This document shows, one piece after another, positions 37,528-46,480 of a stretch of DNA of 64,000 nt. The notes under the pieces are model-generated. The model saw nothing but the letters and a program-made list of their open reading frames with translations. It did no database searches and was not told the DNA's origin. The DNA comes from Candidatus Nanoarchaeia archaeon (GTDB lineage Archaea > Nanobdellota > Nanobdellia > SCGC-AAA011-G17 > GW2011-AR18). The number at the start of each line of letters is the position of its first letter. The first letter of the stretch is position 1. Both the position numbers and the translations under genes were made by a program. The stretch spans positions 9,092-73,091 of the forward strand of contig DATDZB010000001.1 in assembly GCA_035288845.1 (NCBI GenBank), written 5' to 3'.

Positions 37528-38814
37528 ATGTTTAAGTTTTTAAAAGATAAAATAAAAGAAACAGTTTCTAGAATCTCAAGAAAAGTAGAAGAGGAAGAAA
37601 TAATTGAAACACCTGAAGAAGAAATAGTAGAAATAAAACCAAAAAAAGAAAAGAAAGCAAAAGAAAAGAAAAAATCAGAAAAAAAACAAAAAGAAGTTGA
37701 AGAAGTAGAACAAGAACCAGAAGAAATTATAGAAGAAGCAAAAGAAGAAGTTAAAACTAAATTAGAAGAACCTAAAGAAAAAAAAGGATTTTTCTCAATA
37801 TTTAAAAGAAAAGTAAAAGATGAATATGTTGAAGAACCAATTGAAGAAGAAGTTGAAGTTGAAACTGAAAAAGCAGAACAACTAGAAGAAGAATTAAAAA
37901 TTGAAGAAAAAGAAATTGAAAAGCAAGAAGAGAAGAAATCCATTTTTGCAAAATTAAAAGAAAAAGTAACAACAACCAAGATTTCTGAAGATAGATTTAA
38001 TGAACTATTTGAAGATTTAGAAGTAACTTTGCTAGAAAATAATGTAGCATTTGATGTAGTTGATAAAATAAAAGAAGATTTAAAAAAAGATTTATTAGAA
38101 AAAGCAATTAAAAGAGGAGAAGTTGAAACTAAAATAATAGACTCTTTAAAAGAAAGCATTGAAGACTTATTTTTAACACCAAGTATAAAATTAATTGAAC
38201 AAATAAAAGAAAAACAAGAAAAACCATATGTGATCTGTTTTGTAGGACAAAATGGTGCAGGTAAAACAACAACAATAGCTAAAGTTGCTCATTTGTTAAA
38301 GAAAAACAATATTTCTTCAGTTATAGCAGCTTCAGATACATTTAGAGCAGGTTCAATAAATCAATTAAAAGAATGGGGAGCTAAACTAAATGTAAAAGTA
38401 ATTGCTCACGATTATGGGTCAGATCCAGCAGCAGTTGCATTTGATGCTAAAAACTATTGTCAAGCACATAAAATTGAAGTTTTATTAATAGATACTGCAG
38501 GAAGACAACATACAAATGCAGATTTAATGAGAGAATTAGAAAAAATTGTTAGAGTAACTAAACCAGATTTAAAAATATTCATTGGTGAAGCAATAACAGG
38601 TAATGATGCAGTAGAACAAGCTAAAGAATTTAAAGATTTAATTGGAATTGACGGAATAATATTAACTAAAGCAGATGTAGATGAAAAAGGTGGAGCAATT
38701 GTTTCAGTTTCTCATGTTACTCATAGACCAATAATGTACTTAGGTGTTGGCCAGCAATTAGGTGATTTAGAAGAATTTAATAAAGAAAAAATATTAAAAA
38801 ATTTAGGACTATGA
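37528..38814 (+). CDS. ftsY: Signal recognition particle receptor FtsY.
   Basis: The N-terminal 150 aa are an E/K-rich low-complexity region. The NG domain has GQNGAGKTTTIAK, DTAGRQH and TKADVDEKGG. Confidence 0.9.
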   Translation: MFKFLKDKIKETVSRISRKVEEEEIIETPEEEIVEIKPKKEKKAKEKKKSEKKQKEVEEVEQEPEEIIEEAKEEVKTKLEEPKEKKGFFSIFKRKVKDEYVEEPIEEEVEVETEKAEQLEEELKIEEKEIEKQEEKKSIFAKLKEKVTTTKISEDRFNELFEDLEVTLLENNVAFDVVDKIKEDLKKDLLEKAIKRGEVETKIIDSLKESIEDLFLTPSIKLIEQIKEKQEKPYVICFVGQNGAGKTTTIAKVAHLLKKNNISSVIAASDTFRAGSINQLKEWGAKLNVKVIAHDYGSDPAAVAFDAKNYCQAHKIEVLLIDTAGRQHTNADLMRELEKIVRVTKPDLKIFIGEAITGNDAVEQAKEFKDLIGIDGIILTKADVDEKGGAIVSVSHVTHRPIMYLGVGQQLGDLEEFNKEKILKNLGL

Positions 38815-38815
38815 A

Positions 38816-39298
38816 ATGGTAGAAATATATGAAACAAAAAATTTTAAGGTTGTAACTCCGTTTGAACCACACATAACAAGAGAAGATGGGGGACATATAA
38901 TGATAATACCGAAGAAAGATTATTGTGATAGAACTCAACTCCCCCCAAAAAAAGCTATAGAATTAATGAGATTAACAATGATTACTGGAGAAGCTTTTGC
39001 AAAAGCAATGAACAAAAATGGAGTTGATATTGGTAGAATAAATTATCAAGATAATGGAAATTGGTCAGTCTTTAAACCTGGCGGCCCAATTTTACATATT
39101 CACATTGTAGGTAGAGCAAAAAGTGCAAAAATTCAAAAATACGGAACATGTTTAAAATTACCAGACCCTAAAGATGATCCAAATTATTATAAAAATAATA
39201 AACAGTTAACAAATGAAGATGTTAAAGAAATTAATAAACAAATAAGAATAATATCTAGATATGAAAAATATAAGAATTCCAATTGGAAATTATTATGA
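38816..39298 (+). CDS. HIT-like superfamily protein.
   Basis: It has HIMIIPKKDY and the histidine-rich PILHIHIVGR. Confidence 0.4.
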   Translation: MVEIYETKNFKVVTPFEPHITREDGGHIMIIPKKDYCDRTQLPPKKAIELMRLTMITGEAFAKAMNKNGVDIGRINYQDNGNWSVFKPGGPILHIHIVGRAKSAKIQKYGTCLKLPDPKDDPNYYKNNKQLTNEDVKEINKQIRIISRYEKYKNSNWKLL

Positions 39299-39702
39299 TA
39301 GATCATGCAGCTTTAATTATAAAAAATAATGAAAAGATATTATTTATAAAAAGATCAAAATATAAAAGAGTTCTTCCAAACTTATGGGGTTTTCCTTCTG
39401 GAACTAAAGAAGAAAATGAAGACATTAATGAAACAGCAGTAAGAGAAGCTTATGAAGAATTAGATTTAAAAATTAAAGTTGAAAAATTAATTACAACAAA
39501 AGATGTTCAAGAATTTAATGTAAGGTTACACTTTTTACTTTGTTCAATAATTTCTGGAAATCCTATTATTAAAGATGAAAAAGAAATTTCAGAAATGGAA
39601 TGGTTAACTTTCCAAGAATTCTTCAATAAATACCAAGACCATGAAATAGGAAATGGCGTTTCTTTCTTAAGAAAAAATCCAAGCTTATGGGTTAATATTT
39701 AG
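39283..39702 (+). CDS. NUDIX hydrolase.
   Basis: The Nudix box is GFPSGTKEENEDINETAVREAYEELDL. Confidence 0.8.
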   Translation: MEIIMIDHAALIIKNNEKILFIKRSKYKRVLPNLWGFPSGTKEENEDINETAVREAYEELDLKIKVEKLITTKDVQEFNVRLHFLLCSIISGNPIIKDEKEISEMEWLTFQEFFNKYQDHEIGNGVSFLRKNPSLWVNI

Positions 39703-40245
39703 TCCAAAGAAATTATTTAGTAATAATCCAACACCATAACCAACTAAAGCAGCAATAATTCCAATAATCATTAATTCAAACCCACTTCTTTTCCAATTTC
39801 CAGTTGTTAACTTTCCTTTTACAACACCAACAATAAATAAAATTATAGCTGAAAATATTAAACTTATAATAATTCCATTTTTAACCTTGAAAAAGAAAAA
39901 AGGCAATAAAGGAATAATACTGCCTATAACAGTAGACAATCCAACAACACCTGCACTTTTCAAAGGTTCTTCTGATTCCTTAAGAAACAATCTATGTTTA
40001 ACTTTATTTTTATCTTTCTTATCATCACGAATTAAACTTTTATAATAATCTTTTTGAGCTCTTGAAGAAGTATAAGCAACTGCAGCCATACTAACACTTT
40101 CAGCAACAGTAGCCACAATTCCAGATATTAAAACAATATTTGTATTCAATGTTGCACTAGCTACACCTAAAACTAATCCAAGAACATTAACAAGACCGTC
40201 TTGCCCGCCAAGAATAAAATCTCTGAAATTCACCTTTTTAGACAT
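39685..40245 (-). CDS. VIT1/CCC1-family membrane protein (putative metal transporter).
   Basis: GGQDGLVNVLGLVLGVASA is followed by further TM segments. Confidence 0.5.
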   Translation of the reverse strand: MSKKVNFRDFILGGQDGLVNVLGLVLGVASATLNTNIVLISGIVATVAESVSMAAVAYTSSRAQKDYYKSLIRDDKKDKNKVKHRLFLKESEEPLKSAGVVGLSTVIGSIIPLLPFFFFKVKNGIIISLIFSAIILFIVGVVKGKLTTGNWKRSGFELMIIGIIAALVGYGVGLLLNNFFGLNINP

Positions 40246-40322
40246 GCTACTAAAATATAACTATTGGTATAAATATATTTCTAATGGAAAAGCTTAATTA
40301 AAAGAAAAAATCAAATATTTAT

Positions 40323-40961
40323 ATGGAAAAATCTAGAATAATTATTTGTGCAATAGCAATAATATCTTTCTTAGCTATTATCTTTTATGGAATATCAGTA
40401 AATACTACAAATTATGTAACAGAAACAATATTTTTTATAATATTTACATTAATCTTAATTTATCTTTTCAATTACTTAAAACTAGACAATTTCACTTATT
40501 CAATATTAATTTTAGCAATGCTTTTACATTCTCTTGGAACATTTGGGTTTTATGCAAAAACTCCAATTATAATTCAATATGATCATATAACTCATTTCAT
40601 ATTAACTTTTGCCTTTGCTGTTCCATTATTTAAATTATTAAAAGGTAAAATAACAGGTAGACATCATAAAAGAACAATTATAATTATTGTCTTATTTTTC
40701 TGTCTTGGAGTAGGAGCTTTAATAGAACAAATTGAATTTCTAGGTTATCTAAATTCAGATGGAGCAAGAACATTTTTTTACGTAGGAGATGCAGGCGATA
40801 CAGGTGTTGGTGGATTTACACAAATAGAATTAAAAGAAATTGATGCAGTTGGTGGCGGCTGGCTTAACACTATGTGGGATTTAATGTATAATTTTCTTGG
40901 AGCAGTAATGGGAATTATTGTTGCTTTAATATTTTATAATAAAAATTATTTGCTCAGTTAA
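40323..40961 (+). CDS. Polytopic membrane protein, hypothetical.
   Basis: It is 212 aa with six or more hydrophobic helices. Confidence 0.45.
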   Translation: MEKSRIIICAIAIISFLAIIFYGISVNTTNYVTETIFFIIFTLILIYLFNYLKLDNFTYSILILAMLLHSLGTFGFYAKTPIIIQYDHITHFILTFAFAVPLFKLLKGKITGRHHKRTIIIIVLFFCLGVGALIEQIEFLGYLNSDGARTFFYVGDAGDTGVGGFTQIELKEIDAVGGGWLNTMWDLMYNFLGAVMGIIVALIFYNKNYLLS

Positions 40962-42188
40962 TCATTCTTTAACTTTTAAAAATAAAATAAATGAAATCAA
41001 AAAGAAAACAATTAAAGGAATTAGGGCAATTCTTTGATTTAAATTAACAGCAATTATACCAAAAATTAAAGGTCCAGTAGTAGCAGCAACTTTACTTGCA
41101 AAGCCATTAAAACCAAAGAATTCAGTTTTTTTATCAGAAGGTATAATTTTACTTAACCAAGATCTAGCAACACTTTGACTTGACCCAATAACTAAACCAG
41201 TTAATACTGCGACTAAATAAAACATTTCTTTAGAATTAATAATTATTAATAATAAGACTATTAAAATCCAAACCCCTAAAGTAGATAACAAAATTTTCTT
41301 AGCACCTTTCTTATCACTTAAATATCCAAAAAATACTGCACTTGGAAATCCAACTAATTGAACTATTAATAAGGCAATAGTAATTTCACTTAAACTCATA
41401 CTTAATGTTGTTTTAGCATAAATAGCCATAAAACTAAATAAAGTAACTAATGCATCATTCATAAAATAAAAACCAACTAAAAACCAAGCGATATTTTTAT
41501 GAGTCTTTAAATTTTTCAAAGTATGCTTGACTCTAGAAAATCCAATTTTAATAAGTTCAAATAATTTATATTTATTGTTTGAAACAGAAGACTCTTTTAA
41601 AAATATAAAACTAGGCAAAGCAAAAATTAGAAAAAATAAAGCCGTAAGCGGAAAAGTTAATTTATAGATAAAAAGATTATTATAGCCTGCTTCATAAAAT
41701 GGTCTTAATAACAGCATTGCAGTAATCCCACCAATATAACCTAAACCCCAGCCTAAACCTGAGATTACTCCTGCATTGTCTTTAGTTGAAATATGTGTTA
41801 AAAAAGAATCATATAAAACTAAAGCTATTTCATAAAAAACATTTGTAGTTATAAATAATAATGAAGAAAAAAGCAGCATATCAGAACCTGTGAAAAATAA
41901 TGAAGCTGTTCCAATTATAGATAAAGATGTGAAAATAATAAATTTAATTTTTTTCCTTTGATCATGGTCTGCAATTGCTCCAATGATTGGAGATATTAAT
42001 GCACCTAAAAGTATAGATAAACTTATATTTAATCCCCACCAAAATTCACCATTTGTACCAGCAATAACTTCTTTAAAAAATATAGAAAAAACAAAGCTTA
42101 AAATTAATAATGCGTAACTAGAATTTGCAAAATCAAAAAAAGCCCAGGAAAGAATTTCTTTCTTCATCAAAGATTTGAAAATACCCAT
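40962..42188 (-). CDS. MFS transporter.
   Basis: It has 12 predicted TM helices, including the MFS-like segment GAIADHDQRKK. Confidence 0.7.
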   Translation of the reverse strand: MGIFKSLMKKEILSWAFFDFANSSYALLILSFVFSIFFKEVIAGTNGEFWWGLNISLSILLGALISPIIGAIADHDQRKKIKFIIFTSLSIIGTASLFFTGSDMLLFSSLLFITTNVFYEIALVLYDSFLTHISTKDNAGVISGLGWGLGYIGGITAMLLLRPFYEAGYNNLFIYKLTFPLTALFFLIFALPSFIFLKESSVSNNKYKLFELIKIGFSRVKHTLKNLKTHKNIAWFLVGFYFMNDALVTLFSFMAIYAKTTLSMSLSEITIALLIVQLVGFPSAVFFGYLSDKKGAKKILLSTLGVWILIVLLLIIINSKEMFYLVAVLTGLVIGSSQSVARSWLSKIIPSDKKTEFFGFNGFASKVAATTGPLIFGIIAVNLNQRIALIPLIVFFLISFILFLKVKE

Positions 42189-42220
42189 GTTAATTTATAA
42201 AATATTAAAGCTTTTAAAGA

Positions 42221-43123
42221 TTAGCTATTAAATTCATAAAATGACTTTATTCTTTCATTAATATCACTTCTTTCTTTATCAAATTGCTCTTTGTTCTTAT
42301 TCTTAATTGCTTTTATAAAATGATCCAAATCTCTCGTCAGAAGCCAAAAATTTATTTTTCTTTTAACTAAATCAAAATCTTTTCTAGATCTTAAATAGTT
42401 AGAAAAAGTTTTACCAAATTTAAATAAATAAATTAAATCTCTATCAGGATCATTTACAATAATATCTCCAAAATCAATAACACCAACAGCTTTCTTTAAT
42501 TTTTCATCGTAAAATATGTGGCCTATACTAAAATCATCGTGCAGTAAAGCAGGTTTGTATTTAAAATTTAAAGGATTTTCTAAATATCCTTTAAAAATAG
42601 CTTCTACACCTTCAGTTTCATATTCATTTAACTTTTTAAATGCTTTTTTTCTACATTTATTAAGAAATATTTTGAAATTTGAAAAACTATCTATTTCTTT
42701 AACACCTAATTTCTTAGCTTTTTCAACTGGAAAACTATGTAACTGATCTAAAAACTCCAAAACTTGATTAAATAATTTTTTAACTTGTTTAGAATTTAAT
42801 GAACCTAATAATTCTTTAGTAAGGCTTTGACCTGGAACAGATTCATAAACAATAAAAGTTTTATTATTGTATTTTTTAATATACAAAGGTTTTGGTATTT
42901 TTAATTTAATGTAGTTAGAAAGTTCCAAAAGTTGTTTGGCTTCAATATGTGATTTTTTATATTCTGGTTTAGGAAATCTAAGTATTAATAAATTATTAAT
43001 TAAATATGCATCATTATCTGCACCACAGCCAAGAAATTTTATACTTTTTAATTTAATTGCAGGAATTTTATCTTTAATAAGACTCTTTATAAAAATATTA
43101 GTAGTAGCTCTCTTTCTTTTCAT
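42221..43123 (-). CDS. Aminoglycoside/choline-kinase-like phosphotransferase (APH fold).
   Basis: It has HDDFSIGHIFYD and IDFGDIIVNDPDRDL, a Brenner plus DFG-like motif. Confidence 0.6.
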   Translation of the reverse strand: MKRKRATTNIFIKSLIKDKIPAIKLKSIKFLGCGADNDAYLINNLLILRFPKPEYKKSHIEAKQLLELSNYIKLKIPKPLYIKKYNNKTFIVYESVPGQSLTKELLGSLNSKQVKKLFNQVLEFLDQLHSFPVEKAKKLGVKEIDSFSNFKIFLNKCRKKAFKKLNEYETEGVEAIFKGYLENPLNFKYKPALLHDDFSIGHIFYDEKLKKAVGVIDFGDIIVNDPDRDLIYLFKFGKTFSNYLRSRKDFDLVKRKINFWLLTRDLDHFIKAIKNKNKEQFDKERSDINERIKSFYEFNS

Positions 43124-43173
43124 AGTAATTTTAGTACCAAATAACTTTTAAATGTTTAGAATCTAATTATTTC

Positions 43174-44538
43174 ATGGTATTAGACAAGCTAAGTAAATCA
43201 TTAAAAGAAACTCTATCAAAGATAGCTAAATCTATGTTTGTAGATGAAAAATTAATCAATGAATTAGTTAAAGATATTCAAAGAGCATTATTAGCATCAG
43301 ATGTAAATGTAAAACTAGTATTTGATCTTTCTAAGTCTATAAAGGAAAGAGCTTTGCAAGAAAAACCACCACAAGGAATAACACAAAAAGAACATTTAGT
43401 GAAAATTGTTTATGAAGAACTTGTAAAATTCATGGGTGGTGAATCTTCAAAATTAGAATTAACAGAAAAACCATTTAAAATTATGATGGTTGGTTTATTT
43501 GGTTCTGGTAAAACAACTACAATTGGAAAATTAGCAAAATATTATTTGAAAAGAGGAAACAAAGTTTGTTCTATAGGTTTAGATGTTTACAGACCAGCTG
43601 CAATGGATCAGCTGGAACAAGTTTCTAAACAAATTAATATTCCTTGTTTTATAGATAAAAAAGAAAAAAACCCAATTAAAATCTACAAAAATTTTGAAAA
43701 AGAATTAAATAAATTTGATTTAATATTAATTGATACTTCAGGTAGAGATGCTTTATCTAAAGATTTAATAAAAGAAATTGAAGATTTAAATAAAACAATA
43801 AAACCGCAGGAAAAATTATTAGTTCTTTCTGCAGATATAGGGCAGGCAGCGCAAACACAAGCAAAATCATTTCATGAAGCTTGTAATATTACAGGTATTG
43901 TTGTTACTAAATTAGATGGAACAGCTAGAGGTGGCGGTGCAATTTCAGCATGCTCAGTTTCTGGTGCTCCAATTAAATTTATTGGTTTAGGAGAAAAAGC
44001 AGATGATCTAGAAACATTTAATCCAAAAGGTTTTGTTTCTAGAATTCTTGGAATGGGAGACATCGAAGCTTTACTAGAAAAAACTAAAGAAGTGATATCA
44101 GAAGAAGAAGCACAAGATATGAGTAAGAAATTAATAAAAGGAGATTTTAATTTTCTAGACTTGTATGATCAAATGGAAAAAATGTCCTCAATGGGTTCTT
44201 TGTCAAAAATTATGGAATTAATTCCAGGTTTAAGTAAAGCAAATATTCCAAAAGAAATGTTAGAAGGTCAAGAAGATAAAATGAAAAAATGGAAATACAT
44301 TCTTCAGTCATGTACTAAAAAAGAATTAGAAGATCCAGAATTATTAGACTCTTCAAGAATACAAAGAATTGCAGAAGGTTCAGGAACAACAGTTCAAGAT
44401 GTTAGAAGTTTATTAAAACAATATAAACAAAGTAAAAAAACAATGAAAATGATGAAAGGTCTTTCTGGTGATGAAAAAGATATGGAAAAATTAATGAAAA
44501 AATTCAAAGGAAAAATGCCAAAAGGAATGGGTTTTTAG
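43174..44538 (+). CDS. srp54: Signal recognition particle protein SRP54.
   Basis: The NG domain has MMVGLFGSGKTTTIGK, DTSGRD and TKLDGTARGG. There is a Met-rich M domain. Confidence 0.9.
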   Translation: MVLDKLSKSLKETLSKIAKSMFVDEKLINELVKDIQRALLASDVNVKLVFDLSKSIKERALQEKPPQGITQKEHLVKIVYEELVKFMGGESSKLELTEKPFKIMMVGLFGSGKTTTIGKLAKYYLKRGNKVCSIGLDVYRPAAMDQLEQVSKQINIPCFIDKKEKNPIKIYKNFEKELNKFDLILIDTSGRDALSKDLIKEIEDLNKTIKPQEKLLVLSADIGQAAQTQAKSFHEACNITGIVVTKLDGTARGGGAISACSVSGAPIKFIGLGEKADDLETFNPKGFVSRILGMGDIEALLEKTKEVISEEEAQDMSKKLIKGDFNFLDLYDQMEKMSSMGSLSKIMELIPGLSKANIPKEMLEGQEDKMKKWKYILQSCTKKELEDPELLDSSRIQRIAEGSGTTVQDVRSLLKQYKQSKKTMKMMKGLSGDEKDMEKLMKKFKGKMPKGMGF

Positions 44539-44576
44539 AAAGATATAGTTTTAAACTTTTTCTTTACCATTTTGTT

Positions 44577-44870
44577 ATGGAATTATCAGATGTATTAGTA
44601 GAGTGGCTTGTAGGAAATTTAACAGCAGGTGCTATTATGGCAAGTCGAAATTATGATAGAGCAAAAGCATGTTATACTGAATTACAAACTTCAAGCATAC
44701 CAGAGCCTAATCATTTAAATTTTCTAGGATATCAATTAAAAAGAAGTTTACTTAGAACAGTTTTAGTTAGTCCTATAATTAGTGAAACAAAAATTGATGA
44801 AATAATTGGAAAAAATCCTTTAGAAAAATATGTTAGGGCTTATAATTTAGCTACAAGAAGAGAAAATTAA
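44577..44870 (+). CDS. Hypothetical protein at the edge of the atypical island.
   Basis: It is a 97-aa ORF. Confidence 0.35.
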   Translation: MELSDVLVEWLVGNLTAGAIMASRNYDRAKACYTELQTSSIPEPNHLNFLGYQLKRSLLRTVLVSPIISETKIDEIIGKNPLEKYVRAYNLATRREN

Positions 44871-44871
44871 T

Positions 44872-46374
44872 TTATTGACGAGTAAGTTTTTCAGTTCTAA
44901 GATCAATTTGTTCAGAAACTATCCCTCTAGCAAAAAGCTGAGTGATAGTACTAGAAGGATAAGCCTCTCCTCTAAGAACACCATCTTTAAAAGTAGAACC
45001 AGGCTTATAAATTAATACAACTAACGCATATGGTTGACTGCCTTTTGTTCCTTCAAAAAGATGTGCACTATTTCCTACCCATCCAAGTCTATTTTTTGTT
45101 TCTACAAGATCTCCAGGATTAGGACGGAAATCACTTAGATTTCCATAAACTCCTATTGTTCTATCTTGGTGCTCAACTACTACAGTTTTACCAAAATTCC
45201 TTTCACCAAGAACAAGAGGTCCAGAGTGTAATACTTTTCCATTATCAATTGGATAAACATCAGTTCCAGTAGGTGCATGATATATTACCATATCATTATA
45301 ACTTGATCTTAATCCATCAATAGCAATAGCTTTTTCCAAGCCACTCTCATTAACATTTAATCTTCTTCCATCTCTAGAAGCTGCTGTTTTTAGAGGTGAA
45401 TTATATTTTAATAAAAAAGGTATATCCCTTACATCTACTAAAATTTGTCCATCTCTAATAAATGCTTCACTTAAATTTATTGTTTTTCCATCTAGATTCA
45501 AAATTTTTCCAGGTAAAGGCTTTGTTGTTTCTTTGTCAAGTTCATTCCATAAATATGCTGCAACTCCACTTGCTAAGACTGCGGCAGCTCCCAAAACTCC
45601 AGCAAGCCGAGCCATTCTATTTGAAGAATGAATAGCAGTATAATTTTCTCTAAAATCAGTTCCATCAAATCCAGGAGTAGGAGTTGAATCAACTGCAACT
45701 TTTGCAGATGTTGTTTGTCGAGTTTGAGAAGTTTGAAGCGCAGAAGTCTGAGTTGAATAAGCTGGTACTTGAGCATGAGTATATGCCGGGTTTAAAGCTG
45801 AAGGCGCAATTAATGTAGAAGGAACTCTAGCAGATGATTTAGAATCTCTTACTCTTCCAGCAGAAATTTCAACAGATTCTTCAAATCTAATATCCATTGT
45901 ACCTACTCTCCCACCTAAAGGTACATTAGCAGCAACCACTCTAGATACCCCACTTTCTTCATTAGGAACTTCAACAAAAAGTTCTTGAGTATCTAATTCA
46001 ACATCATCACCATCTGAAACAGAAGGAGGGAATTGGTTTTTGTCTATTACACTTCCAATAGATCTGTCTGCTTGTTCTAAACTTTCATCTATTTCTCTTA
46101 CTCCTTCTTGCAACATATCTCCCAACTCTGAACTTCTTGCTGATCCTCTAGCAACAGCAGCTAGTTGTTCTTCTAATTGAGCTCGTTTTAATTTTTCTTC
46201 ATGAGGTGACAGTCCTTTTCCTTTTTCAGCATAAATCACTCTCATTTCTTCGTGAGCTCTAGTAACTACAGAAACTTCTTCTCCAGGTTTTTGACCTTCC
46301 AAACCTGCTATTAATTTTTCAGCAACCTGACCACCTTTATTTTTTTTAGAATCGCCCATTTCATCATCACTCAT
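44872..46374 (-). CDS. Bitopic membrane protein with a C-terminal LytM/M23-peptidase-like domain (partly degenerate).
   Basis: There is a disordered acidic N-terminal region and a single TM segment (MARLAGVLGAAAVLASGVAAYLW). The C-terminus has YHAPTGTDVYPIDNGKVLHSG...FGKTVVVEHQDRTIGVYGNLSDF..PGDLVETKNRLGWVGNS. The composition is Gly/Ala/Arg/Pro-rich, unlike the rest of the window. Confidence 0.55.
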   Translation of the reverse strand: MSDDEMGDSKKNKGGQVAEKLIAGLEGQKPGEEVSVVTRAHEEMRVIYAEKGKGLSPHEEKLKRAQLEEQLAAVARGSARSSELGDMLQEGVREIDESLEQADRSIGSVIDKNQFPPSVSDGDDVELDTQELFVEVPNEESGVSRVVAANVPLGGRVGTMDIRFEESVEISAGRVRDSKSSARVPSTLIAPSALNPAYTHAQVPAYSTQTSALQTSQTRQTTSAKVAVDSTPTPGFDGTDFRENYTAIHSSNRMARLAGVLGAAAVLASGVAAYLWNELDKETTKPLPGKILNLDGKTINLSEAFIRDGQILVDVRDIPFLLKYNSPLKTAASRDGRRLNVNESGLEKAIAIDGLRSSYNDMVIYHAPTGTDVYPIDNGKVLHSGPLVLGERNFGKTVVVEHQDRTIGVYGNLSDFRPNPGDLVETKNRLGWVGNSAHLFEGTKGSQPYALVVLIYKPGSTFKDGVLRGEAYPSSTITQLFARGIVSEQIDLRTEKLTRQ

Positions 46375-46480
46375 AAAACAATGAAAAATAAATTTCTCTT
46401 ATAAGGATTTATAATCTCTAATATATAAGATTAAGTAATAGAAATCTCATCTACTTAAAAGTTGTAAAATTCAGAAAAAT

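Noticed and set aside
37452-38159. 235-aa Ser/Phe-rich ORF on the minus strand.
   Set aside because: It is the antisense reading of the GAA/AAA-rich low-complexity region encoding the E/K-rich FtsY N-terminus.
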